A stretch of DNA of 64,000 nt. It comes from Octopus sinensis. Lineage: Eukaryota. Both the position numbers and the translations under genes were made by a program. Where the stretch lies: contig NC_042997.1 in the NCBI RefSeq assembly GCF_006345805.1, positions 112,344,001 through 112,408,000 of the forward strand. Reading direction: 5' to 3'. How positions within the stretch are numbered: position 1 is the stretch's first letter; every line of letters starts with the position of its first letter. The notes below the pieces were generated by a model. That model had not been told where the DNA came from. It was given only the letters and a program-made list of their open reading frames with translations, and did not search any database. Below are positions 38,399-50,652 of this stretch, piece after piece.

Positions 38399-39470
38399 GA
38401 TAGATAGACATACATACATACATATATAGGTAAATATTTATGTGTTGGGTATGTTCGTTGCAGTAGGCCAATGAAGCACATTCACTGCCTATGGCTACCT
38501 GATATCATCCAAGATATTTATATAATTGTCACTGATTCTACCTTGCGAATTCTTCAGTGTACGTTGAGCATATAACAAATGACAGAGACGGCAAAGGGAA
38601 AACATGAGAAACGTTGTGAGCAATAAAGTTTCTCATATATTCCATTTTCCATCTCTATCATTGTTATATATATATATATGAATAGCCTCGCCTGGCCCCC
38701 GTGCCGGTGGCACATAAAAAGCACCATCCGATCGTGGCCGTTTGCCAGACTCGTCTGGCACCTGTTCCGGTGGCACGTAAAAAGCAGCCACTACACTCAT
38801 GGAGTGGTTGGTGTTAGGAAGGGCATCCAGCCATAGAAACATTGCCAGATCATACTGGGCCTGGTCCAACCCATGCTAGCATGGAAAGCGGATGCTAAAC
38901 GATGATGATGATGATATGTATATATAATATATATATAGACAGATAGATAGACATACATACATACATATATAGGTAAATATTTATGTGTTGGGTATGTTCG
39001 TTGCAGTAGGCCAATGAAGCACATTCACTGCCTATGGCTACCTGATATCATCCAAGATATTTATATATTGTCACTGATTCTACCTTGCGAATTCTTCAGT
39101 GTACGTTGAGCATATAACAATGACAGAGACGGCAAAGGGAAAACATGAGAAACGTTGTGAGCAATAAAGTTTCTCATATATTCCATTTTCCATCTCTATC
39201 ATTGTTATATATATATATATGAATAGCCTCGCCTGGCCCCGTGCCGGTGGCACATAAAAAGCACCATCCGATCGTGGCCGTTTGCCAGACTCGTCTGGCA
39301 CCTGTTCCGGTGGCACGTAAAAAGCAGCCACTACACTCATGGAGTGGTTGGTGTTAGGAAGGGCATCCAGCCATAGAAACATTGCCAGATCATACTGGGC
39401 CTGGTCCAACCCATGCTAGCATGGAAAGCGGATGCTAAACGATGATGATGATGATATGTATATATATATA
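38385..39470. repeat. Near-perfect tandem duplication, period about 543 bp
   Basis: gacagatag at 38395 and at 38938; the copies differ mainly by 1-nt homopolymer indels. Confidence 0.9.
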
Positions 39471-39562
39471 TATATATGCATATTTATGTATATATATGTG
39501 TATATATATATGTGTGTGTGTATATATATCTATATACATGCATACATACATATATATACATA

Positions 39563-40263
39563 TAAAGCTGCAAAAATATCACAGAAAATGCTACTCAGAG
39601 TTTCATGCTCCCATTCGTTGGACAGTCGTGATTAAGAATGGGACAAGAATTAAGATTATATGTATAAATATATTGTACAATTTACGTTGACTAATACACA
39701 TTTGAATTTGGTTTCATTTTACTGGTGGTTTCAACTAAAGGATTTTTTTAGGAAAAGGTGAATTAAATATCATACTGTGTAAAATTGAAAAAACCTTAAA
39801 TCAAAAGTAAATTTTAGTTTAGAAGGAAACACATACATGCTCAGAGCAAATTAATTAATGTTAAAATAAGTTTAATTAAAATTAATTAAAATACATCAAA
39901 ATTAATTAAAATTAATTAATGTTAAAAGAAATTTAATTAAAATGTACTCTGGGCATGTATGTTTTTCCTTCTAAAGTAAAAGTAAAATTTATTTTTGATT
40001 TAAGGTCTTCTTTGATTTTACGCAATACGATATTTAATTTTTTATATCATCGTTTCTGAAAAAAAAAAAACTCCGTTAGTTGAAATGACCAATGAAATGA
40101 AACCAAATTCAAATGTGTATCTGTCAATGTATATTATACATTATATTTATACATATAACCTTAATTTGTGTCCCATTTTTAATCACAATTGTCAGACGAA
40201 TGTAAACATGAAACTCTGAGTAGCATTTTCTGTGATATTTTGGTGATGTTTTTGCAGCTTTAA
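39563..40263. mobile_element. About 700-bp Penelope-like fold-back with degenerate hammerhead motifs in both arms
   Basis: Arms of about 340 bp centred near 39900. Right arm reads tgt-CAGACGA-atgtaaacat-GAAA-CTCTGAG-TA-gca. Confidence 0.7.
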
Positions 40264-40890
40264 TAATAAAGCATATTACTCTACCTCCAGTATTCAAGTA
40301 CTATTTTTCCCCACCTTGTTTCACATGTATGTGCTTACTTTGGTGTCTATGTATATATATATATATAATATAATAATAAGAGTAAATAATTTCTTTAATG
40401 GTTTTTAAACAAAGACCACAATTATTTACTGGTAGAATTCGGTATGTAAATATAGCCGATTAACGGCAGGAACTTCTGTAAAGTTAAGTATATATATTGT
40501 ATATAAGAAAAAGGGACAGGCAACAGGTTGCTTGACCGCATACCGAAAAAGTAGAAATAGCAGTCAAGAATGCTTATTTCTATTTTCCACAAGTGGGGCT
40601 CCACATACGACAAACCCTGCAATAAACATCTTTATCAGAAATAAAATTTTTTAAAATCTTAAGTAAATTTTGTTTAATCTGCACAATATCGAAGACATAC
40701 TGTTCTCTGTGTTTCTGTAAGAAAAAACCTTGAAAGATTACTTTGTGTCTTCCACAATGCTAGTTGAGGAATGGTTGCTGTGGTTTTCTTGGGGTTAACT
40801 GAAATCAACCCCTTATAAAGACTTATTTCATTACTTATTCATTGCAATTTAAACATTTTAGTCTGTTAGATGTGTAGAAAAGGCGTGTTA

Positions 40891-41289
40891 TACTCTTTTA
40901 CTTGTTTCAGTCATTTGACTGTGGCCATGCTGGAGCACCGCCTTTTTAGTCGAGCAAATCGACCCCAGGACTTATTCTTTGTAAGCCCAGTACTTATTCT
41001 ATCAGTCTCTTTTGCCGAACTGCTAAGTTACGGGGACATAAACACACCAGCAGCAGTTGTCAAGCGATGTTGGGGGGGCAAACACAGACACACAAACACA
41101 CATATATATATATATACATACATATATACAACAGGCTTCTTTCAGTTTCCGTCTACCAAATCCACTCACAAGGTTTTGGTCGGCCCGAAGCTATAGTAGA
41201 AGACACTTGCCCAAGGTGCCACGCAGTGGGACTGAACCCAGAACCATGTGGTTGGTAAGCAAGCTACTTACCACACAGCCACTCCTGCG
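40891..41289 (-). mobile_element. Near full-length tRNA-derived SINE (representative of a family with many copies in the window)
   Basis: A box TGGCTGTGTGG, B box GGTTCAGTCCC, core gcaccttgggcaagtgtctt, internal (TA/CA) microsatellite. Related copies near 2520, 3103, 18460, 20210, 24120 and 51720. Confidence 0.85.
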
Positions 41290-41507
41290 ACTGTTATATT
41301 AAAGATGTCCACTTCTTTTACAGATTCTTTATTAAAAATTGGTGATATATAATGACTGATATAACGACTGGGTTAGTCAAGGCCCTGCCCCCACAATCAA
41401 GCAGATGGGAGGAGGAAGATGACAAGAGGAGGGGAAGATGATAAGAAGAGGGAAAATATGATGAGAGGGTGAGAAGAGAGAGAGAGAGGAGAGAAATATG
41501 GTTGTAC

Positions 41508-41671
41508 CTGATTGTCTGCTTGCTCCAATTGTAAACCGGAAGAAGTTCTGTGTACTTTGTCTTGTAAGGGATGTCTCGAATAATTTTATCGACAGGCTTG
41601 GGAGGATCTGCAATGCCGAATAAATTGTAAAAGATGCCTGTCCCGTCTGGCAGTGGGAACAATATGGATCC
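41508..41671 (-). CDS. HYDIN: HYDIN coding exon
   Basis: ctttacag|GGA TCC...ATC AG|gtacaa. 164 nt, GSILFPLPDGTGIFYNLFGIADPPKP...YTELLPVYNW. Confidence 0.93.
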
Positions 41672-42298
41672 CTGTAAAGACAAATAATGTTGTAGACAAA
41701 ATGATCGGACAACCATCAAGGGAGAAATAAATATAGAACAATGAGTTACAATGAGGGTTCTAGATGATCCGATCCACAGACATGTGTGCCCTTAATGTAG
41801 TTCTCAAGGAGATTCAGCGTGACACAGAGTGTGACAAGACTGACCCTTTGTAATTACAGGTACAAACTCATTTTTGCCAGGTGAGTAGACAGGAACAATG
41901 TGAAATAAAATGTCTTGCTCAAAGACACTATGTGCCACCAGCAGGAATCAAACTTACAACTTTATGATCCTGAGTTGAACTCCCTAACCACCAAGCCATG
42001 TGCTCTCACTTATACGATAACAAACCAAATACTGCAACCACTAAGCTATGTGTCTTCACCCTATATCTCACATTTCCATCCTATATCACAAACATTAGTA
42101 AAAAAAATCATATAGTTTCCTTCCAACGTTTTTATTGGTTCTTTAAAACATTATTTTTTCTTCTTCTTATTATTATTATTATTATTCAAATTACGATGAA
42201 CGTAAACAAACAAATGAAGTTTGCTTTAGAAGCATTGAAATGTCTTAGAAAGTTAAAGAAGTGATTTTAAATTCTCAAACACAAGATAATGCTAATAG

Positions 42299-42520
42299 GC
42301 GGCGAGCTGGCAGAGTGGTTAGCACGCTGGGCAAAATGCTTAGTGGTATTTCGTCTGTCTTTACATTCTGAGTTCAAATTCTGCCAATGTCAACTTTGCC
42401 TTTCATCCTTTTGGGGGTCGATAAATTAAGTACCAGTTGCATAGTGGAATCAATCTAATCAACTGGGCCCCTCCCCACAAATTTCAAGCCTTGTGCCTTT
42501 AGTAGAAAGGATTATTATTA
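42299..42520 (+). mobile_element. tRNA-derived SINE with Meta-like core and (ATT)n tail
   Basis: ggcggcgagctggcagagtggttagc...gagttcaaattc...gcctttcatcc...gtcgataaattaagtacc. Confidence 0.8.
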
Positions 42521-43095
42521 TTAAGAGGGCAGTGCATGCCATCAAAGTAACACTGGAGTCAAATATATGAAGCCCAGTATACCCATCATCACTACCCATC
42601 TGATAAGGGTACACCAGGCACATGCATCACAACCATATGTGCGTGACACAGTGCTCTCATATCAAGAGAAACAGTGCATGACCATAAAGGTGGGGCCCAG
42701 TTAGAAATTTCTTCAGGTCGAGTAACCCATCCCACTCAAAAGGTCCCTGAATAAGGGTTGTTTAAGGATGTTGAACAAATCACTCATGTTTCCAAAGGTG
42801 AATTATCCAAACCCCAAAGAATTCCTCTCAACACATGGTTATAATGCTCCCCTACTACTCCTGCTTGTAATCAGAGATGTATATATCATCAGTCACTAAG
42901 GGACATGCTCAACCGGCTAAGGTCAAACAACTGACAAGCAAATCTGTGGTATTGAGCAGAATATTTGCTGTAGCCCATGTTTTACACCAAGAAAAAACAA
43001 TGTACATGATAACACTTCAAATCAGTCAATATCAGAAGCCATGAGAGCCACTGCCTGGTACTGCATCAGGGCTTCTTCTTCTTCTTCTTCTTCTT

Positions 43096-43128
<33 letters not shown>

Positions 43129-43159
43129 GTTGTTGTTGTTGTTGTTATTGTTGTTATTG

Positions 43160-43192
<33 letters not shown>

Positions 43193-43843
43193 GGGCAGCA
43201 AACTGGTAGAACCATTAGCAAGCCAAGCAAAAGGCTTAGCAATATTTCATCCGTCTTTACATTCTGAGTTCAAATTCCACTGAAATCAACTTTTCCCTTC
43301 ATCCCTTCAAGGCCAATAACATAAGTACCGTTGAGCGCTGGGGTTGATTTAATTGACTTACTCACTCACCCAACATTACTGGCCTTGTGCCAAAATTCGA
43401 AACCATTATTAATATTATTAACTATTTCAGTGGAACTCTGCTTTACGCACAGCATATAAACCCTCGACTTGTTTTATTTATCTTTGCGAATTTGTGTTCT
43501 ATACATGGGAAACCACACAACTATGCAAAAACCCACCAAAAATTTTTTTAATGATTTAAGGGGTATTTAGCTGTTATTTTTAGCACATCTCATGACCACC
43601 GCATACCTGCCTTGTTTGTTTGTCATTTTCTCACCATAAACACATTTAAAGGTCCTTTGCTAGTATTTAAGCAAAAAATTCTATGATTTAAAAACAATGT
43701 TTGAAAAATTATTTTTTAATTTTGAAAAATTTTGAAAAATTTTTTTAAATCTTTTTTTTTCATAATTGTGTGAATTCCCATATGTAGAACACACATTCTG
43801 AAAATATGCTTAGAGCAGAATTATGCCACTATTTTCTATTTAC

Positions 43844-44146
43844 CGTATGTTTCTTGCCATCGGCACCAGTCATCCGCATAGGTTTGTAGGTAATTTCATA
43901 AGCTTTGCTGGCCTGGGGTTCCACAACAAATTTCAAAGGACCTTGCCAATAGATTCCATCAATTATTGGTCTCAGTTCCCAAAGTTGGTTGGTTTTGTTG
44001 CTGATAATCAGGTTCTTGGTTTCCTTGTGTCGGACATGAGTTTGGAAGTTGCAAATATCCCGAACAGTTGGCGTCCCTGTACAAGTTCCTGTCAGCGTCA
44101 GTAACAATGGTGGGTATTCTCCTTCATTCACATAGCATGGGATATT
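43844..44146 (-). CDS. HYDIN: HYDIN coding exon
   Basis: ttgccag|AAT ATC CCA...CAT ACG|gtaaat. 303 nt, includes NKTNQLWELRPIIDGIYWQGP...YEITYKPMRMT. Confidence 0.93.
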
Positions 44147-44454
44147 CTGGCAATGACAACAATATATACACATATATATATGTGTGTGCAGGTACACAAA
44201 TATTAACAAGAGAGGATGGATTGAACATGTTTCGTTACATTTCACTGCAATTGTTTCAGCACATCATTACCAGCTGTTAATTGCTGAATGTTACATATAT
44301 TATAAATAAGTTGATTAATTCAATCAGCAAATATAATAGCATTTGGTAGCCAATGCTTGCAGAGAGGCTTTGAAAAGCACACTATAAGTTGTTTTTTTTT
44401 TTACCTGATTGTGTGTGTAAATATATATATATATAGATATATATGTATATATAT

Positions 44455-44599
44455 ATTGAGAAAAAAGGTCGTCAGAATTTTGGAAAAAATCTTTTTATTT
44501 CTTCATTATTATTAGCACCTTCCTGTTGTTTCTCAAACTTGTCAAATAGAATTTTGTGAATGTATAAACAGCTTGTTCATTTTTGGGGGGTTTGTTTGT

Positions 44600-44634
<35 letters not shown>

Positions 44635-44890
44635 ACAGCCTACCTACCTACCTATATTTCTATCTATCCATCTCCATTGTCATGGAACCCCCCTCCCCCC
44701 CAAAAAAACAAAGTTCTCTTCTAAGCAAACCCCTCCCCCAAAAAAAAACATTTGTTTTATATATATGAACAAGCTGTTTGTATATTCACAAAATTTTATT
44801 TGACATGTTCGAGAAACAAATGAAAGCGCTAAAAATAATGAAAAAATTAAAAGGTTTTTTTCCAGTATTCTAACAACCTTTTTTCTCAAT
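44455..44890. repeat. Diverged inverted repeat (about 125-bp arms)
   Basis: 44455-44580 versus 44765-44890, with a microsatellite spacer. Confidence 0.7.
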
Positions 44891-45055
44891 ATTTAATTTT
44901 TGTACACCACACCCAACACTCTATACGTACGTACACACACACACACACACATACATACATACATATACACACACATATAGATCCAATATAGGTAGAATCA
45001 GCACAAAAATACTCTATCCAATGAGGGATAAATATCAGTTTAATATGCAGCTGAA

Positions 45056-45700
45056 AAAGCTAATAGTTTCATGCTTTTATGATACTTGAGCAGGCCTATT
45101 TATAAAACATGCCCTGTATCTTAAAGCTATCTTTCAGGCTCTGTTTATGTGTTATGAATATTTTAATACCAAGGACGCTGGACAGTGATGAAAATAAATG
45201 TCTGGAAAAAATGTGACAAAGGTTGGTGCAAGAAATGGAATGAGAAAAAGGAAACAAAATCAAGAAAACTAAGATCCTCAGCCTCAGATTGTAGAAAGCC
45301 AATTAAATATAACTGGTATAGAACAAAATAACAGAAAATATATCAAAATTTGCAAGGCAGCAACTCAATTTGACAAAAGAAATCTGTCCATGTGTTTACA
45401 ACTGCTAAAAATTTCAGATCTGGAATTAAGCAGTGTGTTAGAATAGCTAGATCTAAGAAGAATATGAGATCTTTCTGCTATACGTAGGTTGCATTTCTTA
45501 GGTCCATTAACATATGGCTTGGATTTCTCACCTATTCTTCAATTAATTGAACATTTTGGGAATCTTTTGCTTGCATTTGAGATTATGGCATTTTTGCATT
45601 CTTGAGCTTATTGGCATCTGATAGCTAGCCCTGGTTTATCTCTGGATTATGTCAGTAGAGTGGAAAGGGTCTGTGAGGTGCCATGCAAGCCTTATTGGAT
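45056..45700 (-). mobile_element. Penelope-like element 3' remnant (GIY-YIG C-terminus and degenerate hammerhead)
   Basis: Minus-strand PYVNGPKKCNL...LLNSRSEIFSSCKHMDRFLLS is a PLE ORF end. Downstream reads agagc-CTGAAAGA...GAAACTATTA-gcttt. Confidence 0.7.
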
Positions 45701-47039
45701 CTAAAATTTTAGGTTGTGAAATCACCATTGAGACAACTATCCGATGCTATGGTTGAGTAGGAAGGAATCATGGTGAGCACTGATGAAGCTGGCTGTTAGT
45801 GCATTAACCTCATGGACAGACATTGCCGGCATTTTGCATGGGCAGTGGTCAATGATGGTTTTCTTGGTCATGAGGGGACAGCCATTGTCATACATATATA
45901 AACATAGATACACACACACAAACAAAGTAGAGAGAGAGAGAGAGTAGTTTTCTTTGTTGTGAATTTTCATTCAGAAATGATAATAATAATGAACATGTAA
46001 ACCAGTTTTTCACAAAAATTAACTGTAAAAAGAATTAATAATAATAATAATAATAATAATATAATAATAATAATTTATGAAGACTGGCATATCTCTACGG
46101 GAAGGTAAATAGACAATAAGAAGAGTGCAAAGTGATTTGTAATAGAAATTGTTTATTTAATGGTTTGAACACTATTTCAACAGATTGTGCATCTTCTTCA
46201 AGTTCAAAAGGTGAAATGGAAACAACCACATAATTCAAAATATAAATGAGGAAATCCTGTGTTCCTATTTTTGATAGAATGACATCAGAAGTTTTCAATT
46301 TCATAACTGGTAAAAGGAAAAAGAAGAAGAAAAGAAAAAAGACAGACGAGCTGTTGAAATATTGTTCAAACCTTTAAATAAGCAATCTCTGTTACAAATC
46401 GCAACATGCTCTTATCGTCCAGTAATAATAATAATAACAATAACAATCATCATCATCATCATCGTTTAACATCCGCTTTCCATGCTGGCATGGGTTGGAC
46501 GATTTGACTGAGGACTGGTGATCCAGATGGCTGCGCCAGGCTCCAATCTGATCTGGCAGAGTTTCTACAGCTAGATGCCCTTCCTAACACCAACCATTCT
46601 GAGAGTGTAGTGGGTGCTTTTAAAGTGCCACCGGCATGAGGGCCACTCTGGCGGTACTGGCAATGGCCACGCTTGAAAATGGTGTTTTTTACGTGCCACC
46701 TGCACAAGAGTCAGTCCAGCAGCACTGGCAATAACCTTGCTTGAATGTTTTGTTCACGTGCCAATAGTAGTAGTAGTAGTAGTAACAACAATAACAATAA
46801 GTGCTACCTGACTGGCTCCTGTGCCAGAGGCATGTAAAAAGCACCCACTACACTCTTGGAGTGGTTGGCATTAGGAAGGGCATCCAGCTGTAAAACCCTT
46901 GCCAGATCAGATTGGAGCCTGATGCAGCCACTGGCTCTCCAGACCTCATTCAAACCATCCAATTCATGCCAGCATGAAAAACAGACGTATGAATAATAAT
47001 AATAATAATAATGATAATAATACCAGCAAAAAAAAAAAA

Positions 47040-48262
47040 GTAACACCAGAGTGGTTGACAATGGGTAGGACAGTGCTGTGCTTGAAAAACATTGACAAAG
47101 GCAATACTAATTACAGGCCGATATCCTGTTTGTCACTTACATGGACATTATTAACTGGAACAGTCGCAGAGTCAATGTACGAATATCTGGAAAAAATGGA
47201 GTCCTGCCACATGAGCAGAAGGGTTGCAAGTGTAAGTGCAAAGGTACCATGGATCAACTCCTGATAGACAAAACTGTACTTAGAGACTGCAAGAGGAGGA
47301 AAACTAACTTAGCCATGTCATGGATCAATTATCGTAAGGCATATGATATGATTCTACATTCTTGGATTATGGAATATATGAACCTATTTGGTATTGCATC
47401 GAATGTTGAGCGATTGCTTGGACCTGACGGTATACGGAAGAAATTTAAGGACAATAGAAATCAGGAGAGGCATCTTCCAAGGGGACTGCCTGTTCCCACT
47501 GATCTTTGAACTGTGCATGATACCACTAACACTGATTCTGAAGAAAGCAAAGGCTGGGTGCGTATTCATGACCTCAATCTTTATGGTAAGGATGAAGCCC
47601 AGGTCAGTTCCTTCGTTGATATAGTGTATACTATGAAAGCGTATGGCATATTACCAGTCAATGTACGCCACTCACCCAGAAAGAATATAAGAGACATCAT
47701 GACAATATAGCAAGGATTGTCCATTGGACACTTTGCCACAAGTATGGACTTGACAGAGCAAAAAAGTGGTACGAACATAAACCCAAAAGCATCATCGAAA
47801 ATGGTAATGCAAAAATCCTGTGGGATTTTATGATTCAATGCAACCATGAGATAGAGAATAGGAAGCCAGACATAGTGTTAATTGAGAAAGAAAGCAAATG
47901 ATGCTGGATCATAGATATAGCATGCCCCAGCTGTGACAAGGCATACGATAAGGAAGAAAGGAAAGTCGATAGATATAACAGGTTAGCTTGAGAGGTTAAG
48001 CAGTTGTGGTCGCTGAAAAAGGTGGTAGTAGTATCAATAATTGTCGGAGCCTTGAGAACAGTGAGTAAAAATCTTGAGAAGTACATGGAACAAATAGGGG
48101 CTGCAATAAGGGCAGAGCACTTGCAGAAAACAGCACTGCTTGGAACTCCTCAAATACTCAGGAAGGTGCTCGAGAAAATAAGAGGTGTTACCTTAGTTCA
48201 CTGTTAGTGAACAGCTGGCACCGTAGTACATGTCCAGCATTAGAAGCTGTGCAAAGACAACA
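47040..48262 (+). mobile_element. R4/Dong-like non-LTR retrotransposon remnant (RT and restriction-like endonuclease)
   Basis: [50 protein letters not shown]...NRKPDIV...IIDIACP; flanked by (AAT)n on both sides. Confidence 0.85.
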
Positions 48263-48283
48263 AAATAATAATAATAACAATAC

Positions 48284-48419
48284 CTTATAACGAATATCGC
48301 GCTGTATCTTCAGGGGTTTAAATATCACCTCAAAGATAACTTGCTTTCCAACAATCATATGACACTGAACAGGAGAAATGTTAAAGTCTGGAGAAAGCCT
48401 GTCTATATCCCATCGAATT
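48284..48419 (-). CDS. HYDIN: HYDIN coding exon
   Basis: tttttcag|A ATT CGA TGG...TAT AAG|gtattg. 136 nt, IRWDIDRLSPDFNISP...DIRYK. Confidence 0.9.
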
Positions 48420-49285
48420 CTGAAAAATAGAAAAGAAAAATACACAGAATATACAATGAATCATCATCATCATCATCATCGTCACCACCATCATCATCAT
48501 CATTTAGCAATCCTGTTCCCTGCTGGCATGGGTTGGATGGCTTAGCAGGATCCAGGGGCACCAAAGAGTGTACTGGGTGCTTTGTTTTTCATGGCACCAG
48601 CATTCGTGAGGTCACCATGTACCTCAGAGGACCTCAAGCGGGGAGGGTAGGTTTGTGGGTGGTAGTGGTGAGAGGAGATGGGGTGGGGGTAGAGAATGGG
48701 GGTAGAAACTTTGAAGAGACAGATAAGAGATGGGGTATCTGGGTGGCTCCTTGAATGGGGTGAGTAGGAATGGGTGGGGATGGGGATGCAAGGTTGTACA
48801 GGGAGGAGATGAGGGGATAGGGTGGCAGCCCACAACTGTAAAAAGAAAGTTGGGTAGAGTTGCAGGGTGGATAACTGATGAGTCACAAGGTAGGGAAGGT
48901 AGAGGAATGCAGAAGAGGATCCAGATAGTAATGAGAGAGCTTCCAGGAAGAGGAAATGGTTGGATAGGCTGCAGAGGTGGGGGTGGGGGGGGGCAAGAGA
49001 GGTGGGTGTAGTGCCTAATGAGAGGTAATTTGGTTCGGTTGAGGGGGAGGGGGATGAGTCAATGCTACATGTGTCTCATGATGATGATGTTTGTAATATA
49101 TACATACAGATGTACACACACACACACACACACAGACATACTTACAGACAGACAGGCAGACTGCTGCTGCTGAACAATGAATGATGTAATGCAGTTATAC
49201 TGCACAGCACAGGTAAAACAATTGAAATTCTAAATATGACATCACTTACATCATCCACTCTCTCTTTACCTACTCTGTGTAAGCA

Positions 49286-49319
<34 letters not shown>

Positions 49320-49324
<5 letters not shown>

Positions 49325-50037
49325 CAAATTATTACATTATATAAAAGGGCTTAGTAAAATAAATTACTTTGCCGCATACTGAACTCATTAGAAATAGCCT
49401 TAAATTCGCCTTAAATGGTCCCTTTGCATACTGAATACTTGGTGAAATTGATTAATTAATTAATTTTACCCTCAATTATTGAAATTATAATTCATCTCTC
49501 TCTATATAATGCCTCGGATTTTACCGAAAAAAGCATAGTGTTTACTGATTTTAACCCACGCTGGTGGAAAGGGGAGAGCAGAAATTCTTCGCTTGCATTT
49601 TTGAGTTTGTTGGCACTGTTAGTTCCGAGCAGATCTTCAGAAGCGATAAGAAGCCGAAAGGGTATGCTCCCACTTTCAGTGTTTTCAAATCCAAACCAGG
49701 GAGTTCTGAGCTGATGATAGAAATGTCGAGTTTGACTAATCTTGAAACGTACGTTCTCAAATAACCTTTGCATTTGATTTTTTAATGTCTCTACCCCCAT
49801 ACTTTCGTGAGTTGAATTGAGCAAACACTATATGAGAGAGGTTTTCTTTAAGTATTAGAAATAGTTTTAAAAAAGTGTTTTTAGCTGCTATTTCTAATGA
49901 GTTCAGTATGCGGCAAAGTAATTTATTTTACTAAGCCCTTTTATATAATGTAATAATTTGAATTCGCCTTAAATTTGCATACTGAATACTTGGTGAAATT
50001 GATTAATTAATTAATTTTACCCTCAATTGTTGAAATA
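49320..50037 (+). mobile_element. Penelope-like pseudo-LTR with partial tandem and inverted copies
   Basis: 5' inverted segment 49320-49397 matches 49887-49964. Direct repeat 49424-49488 matches 49975-50037. Internal hammerhead motif; (TA)n flanks. Confidence 0.75.
49707..49759 (+). ncRNA. Putative minimal type I hammerhead ribozyme
   Basis: TGAG-CTGATGA-[t aga aat gtcga g tttgac taa tct t]-GAAA-CGTACG-TT-CTCA. Intact core, stem I TGAG/CTCA, palindromic stem III. Confidence 0.65.
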
Positions 50038-50059
50038 TATATATATATATATATATATA

Positions 50060-50614
50060 CAGGGTGGACCAAAATGATCTGACACATTTGGAGGCTTAAT
50101 AAAAGCACAGAATAAGAAATAATGAAAAGAAAAATTTTATTTTCTGAATGTACATATAATGCCATTTTATTTCATTAAGTTTTAAAAATTAAATCAGCTA
50201 AATGCTTCCCATCATTGTCAACACACTGTTGGAGACGTTCATGAAAGCTATCGATAACTCTATGGATCATTTCTTCTGGAATGGTTGCTATTTCTACACA
50301 AATTGCACATTTTAATTCATCAATAGATTGAGGGCGATGACTGAATACTTTTGATTTTAAATATCCCCACAGGAAGAAATCACATTTCACCATTCCAGAA
50401 GAAATGATCCATAGAGTTATCGATAACTTTCATGAACGTCTCCAACAGTGTGTTGACAATGATGGGAAGCATTTAGCTGATTTAATTTTTAAAACTTAAT
50501 GAAATAAAATGGCATTATATGTACATTCAGAAAATACAAATTTTCTTTTCATTATTTCTTATTTTGTGCTTTTATTAAGCCTCCAAATGTGTCAAATCAT
50601 TTTGGTTCACCATG
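50060..50614. mobile_element. Tc1/mariner-derived symmetric MITE built from two transposase 3' ends
   Basis: TA|CAGGGTG...CACCATG|TA termini. Arms 50060-50285 / 50390-50614. Minus-strand CDFFLWGYLKSKVF...RLQQCVDNDGKH is a mariner-type C-terminus. Confidence 0.85.

Positions 50615-50652
<38 letters not shown>

Noticed and set aside
38525-38625. GAAACGTT preceded by CTGATTC as another hammerhead
   Set aside because: The core is not CTGANGA and no convincing stem II could be drawn.
40891-41289. A/B boxes as tRNA genes
   Set aside because: No complete cloverleaf; they are SINE heads followed by SINE core and tail.
46095-46304. ORF with ISPF...VEIVFKPL resembling the neighbouring HYDIN exon (possible mutually exclusive exon)
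   Set aside because: The acceptor gives phase 1, incompatible with the flanking donors (phase 0 or 2). There is no suitable donor, and the similarity overlaps an inverted-repeat arm.
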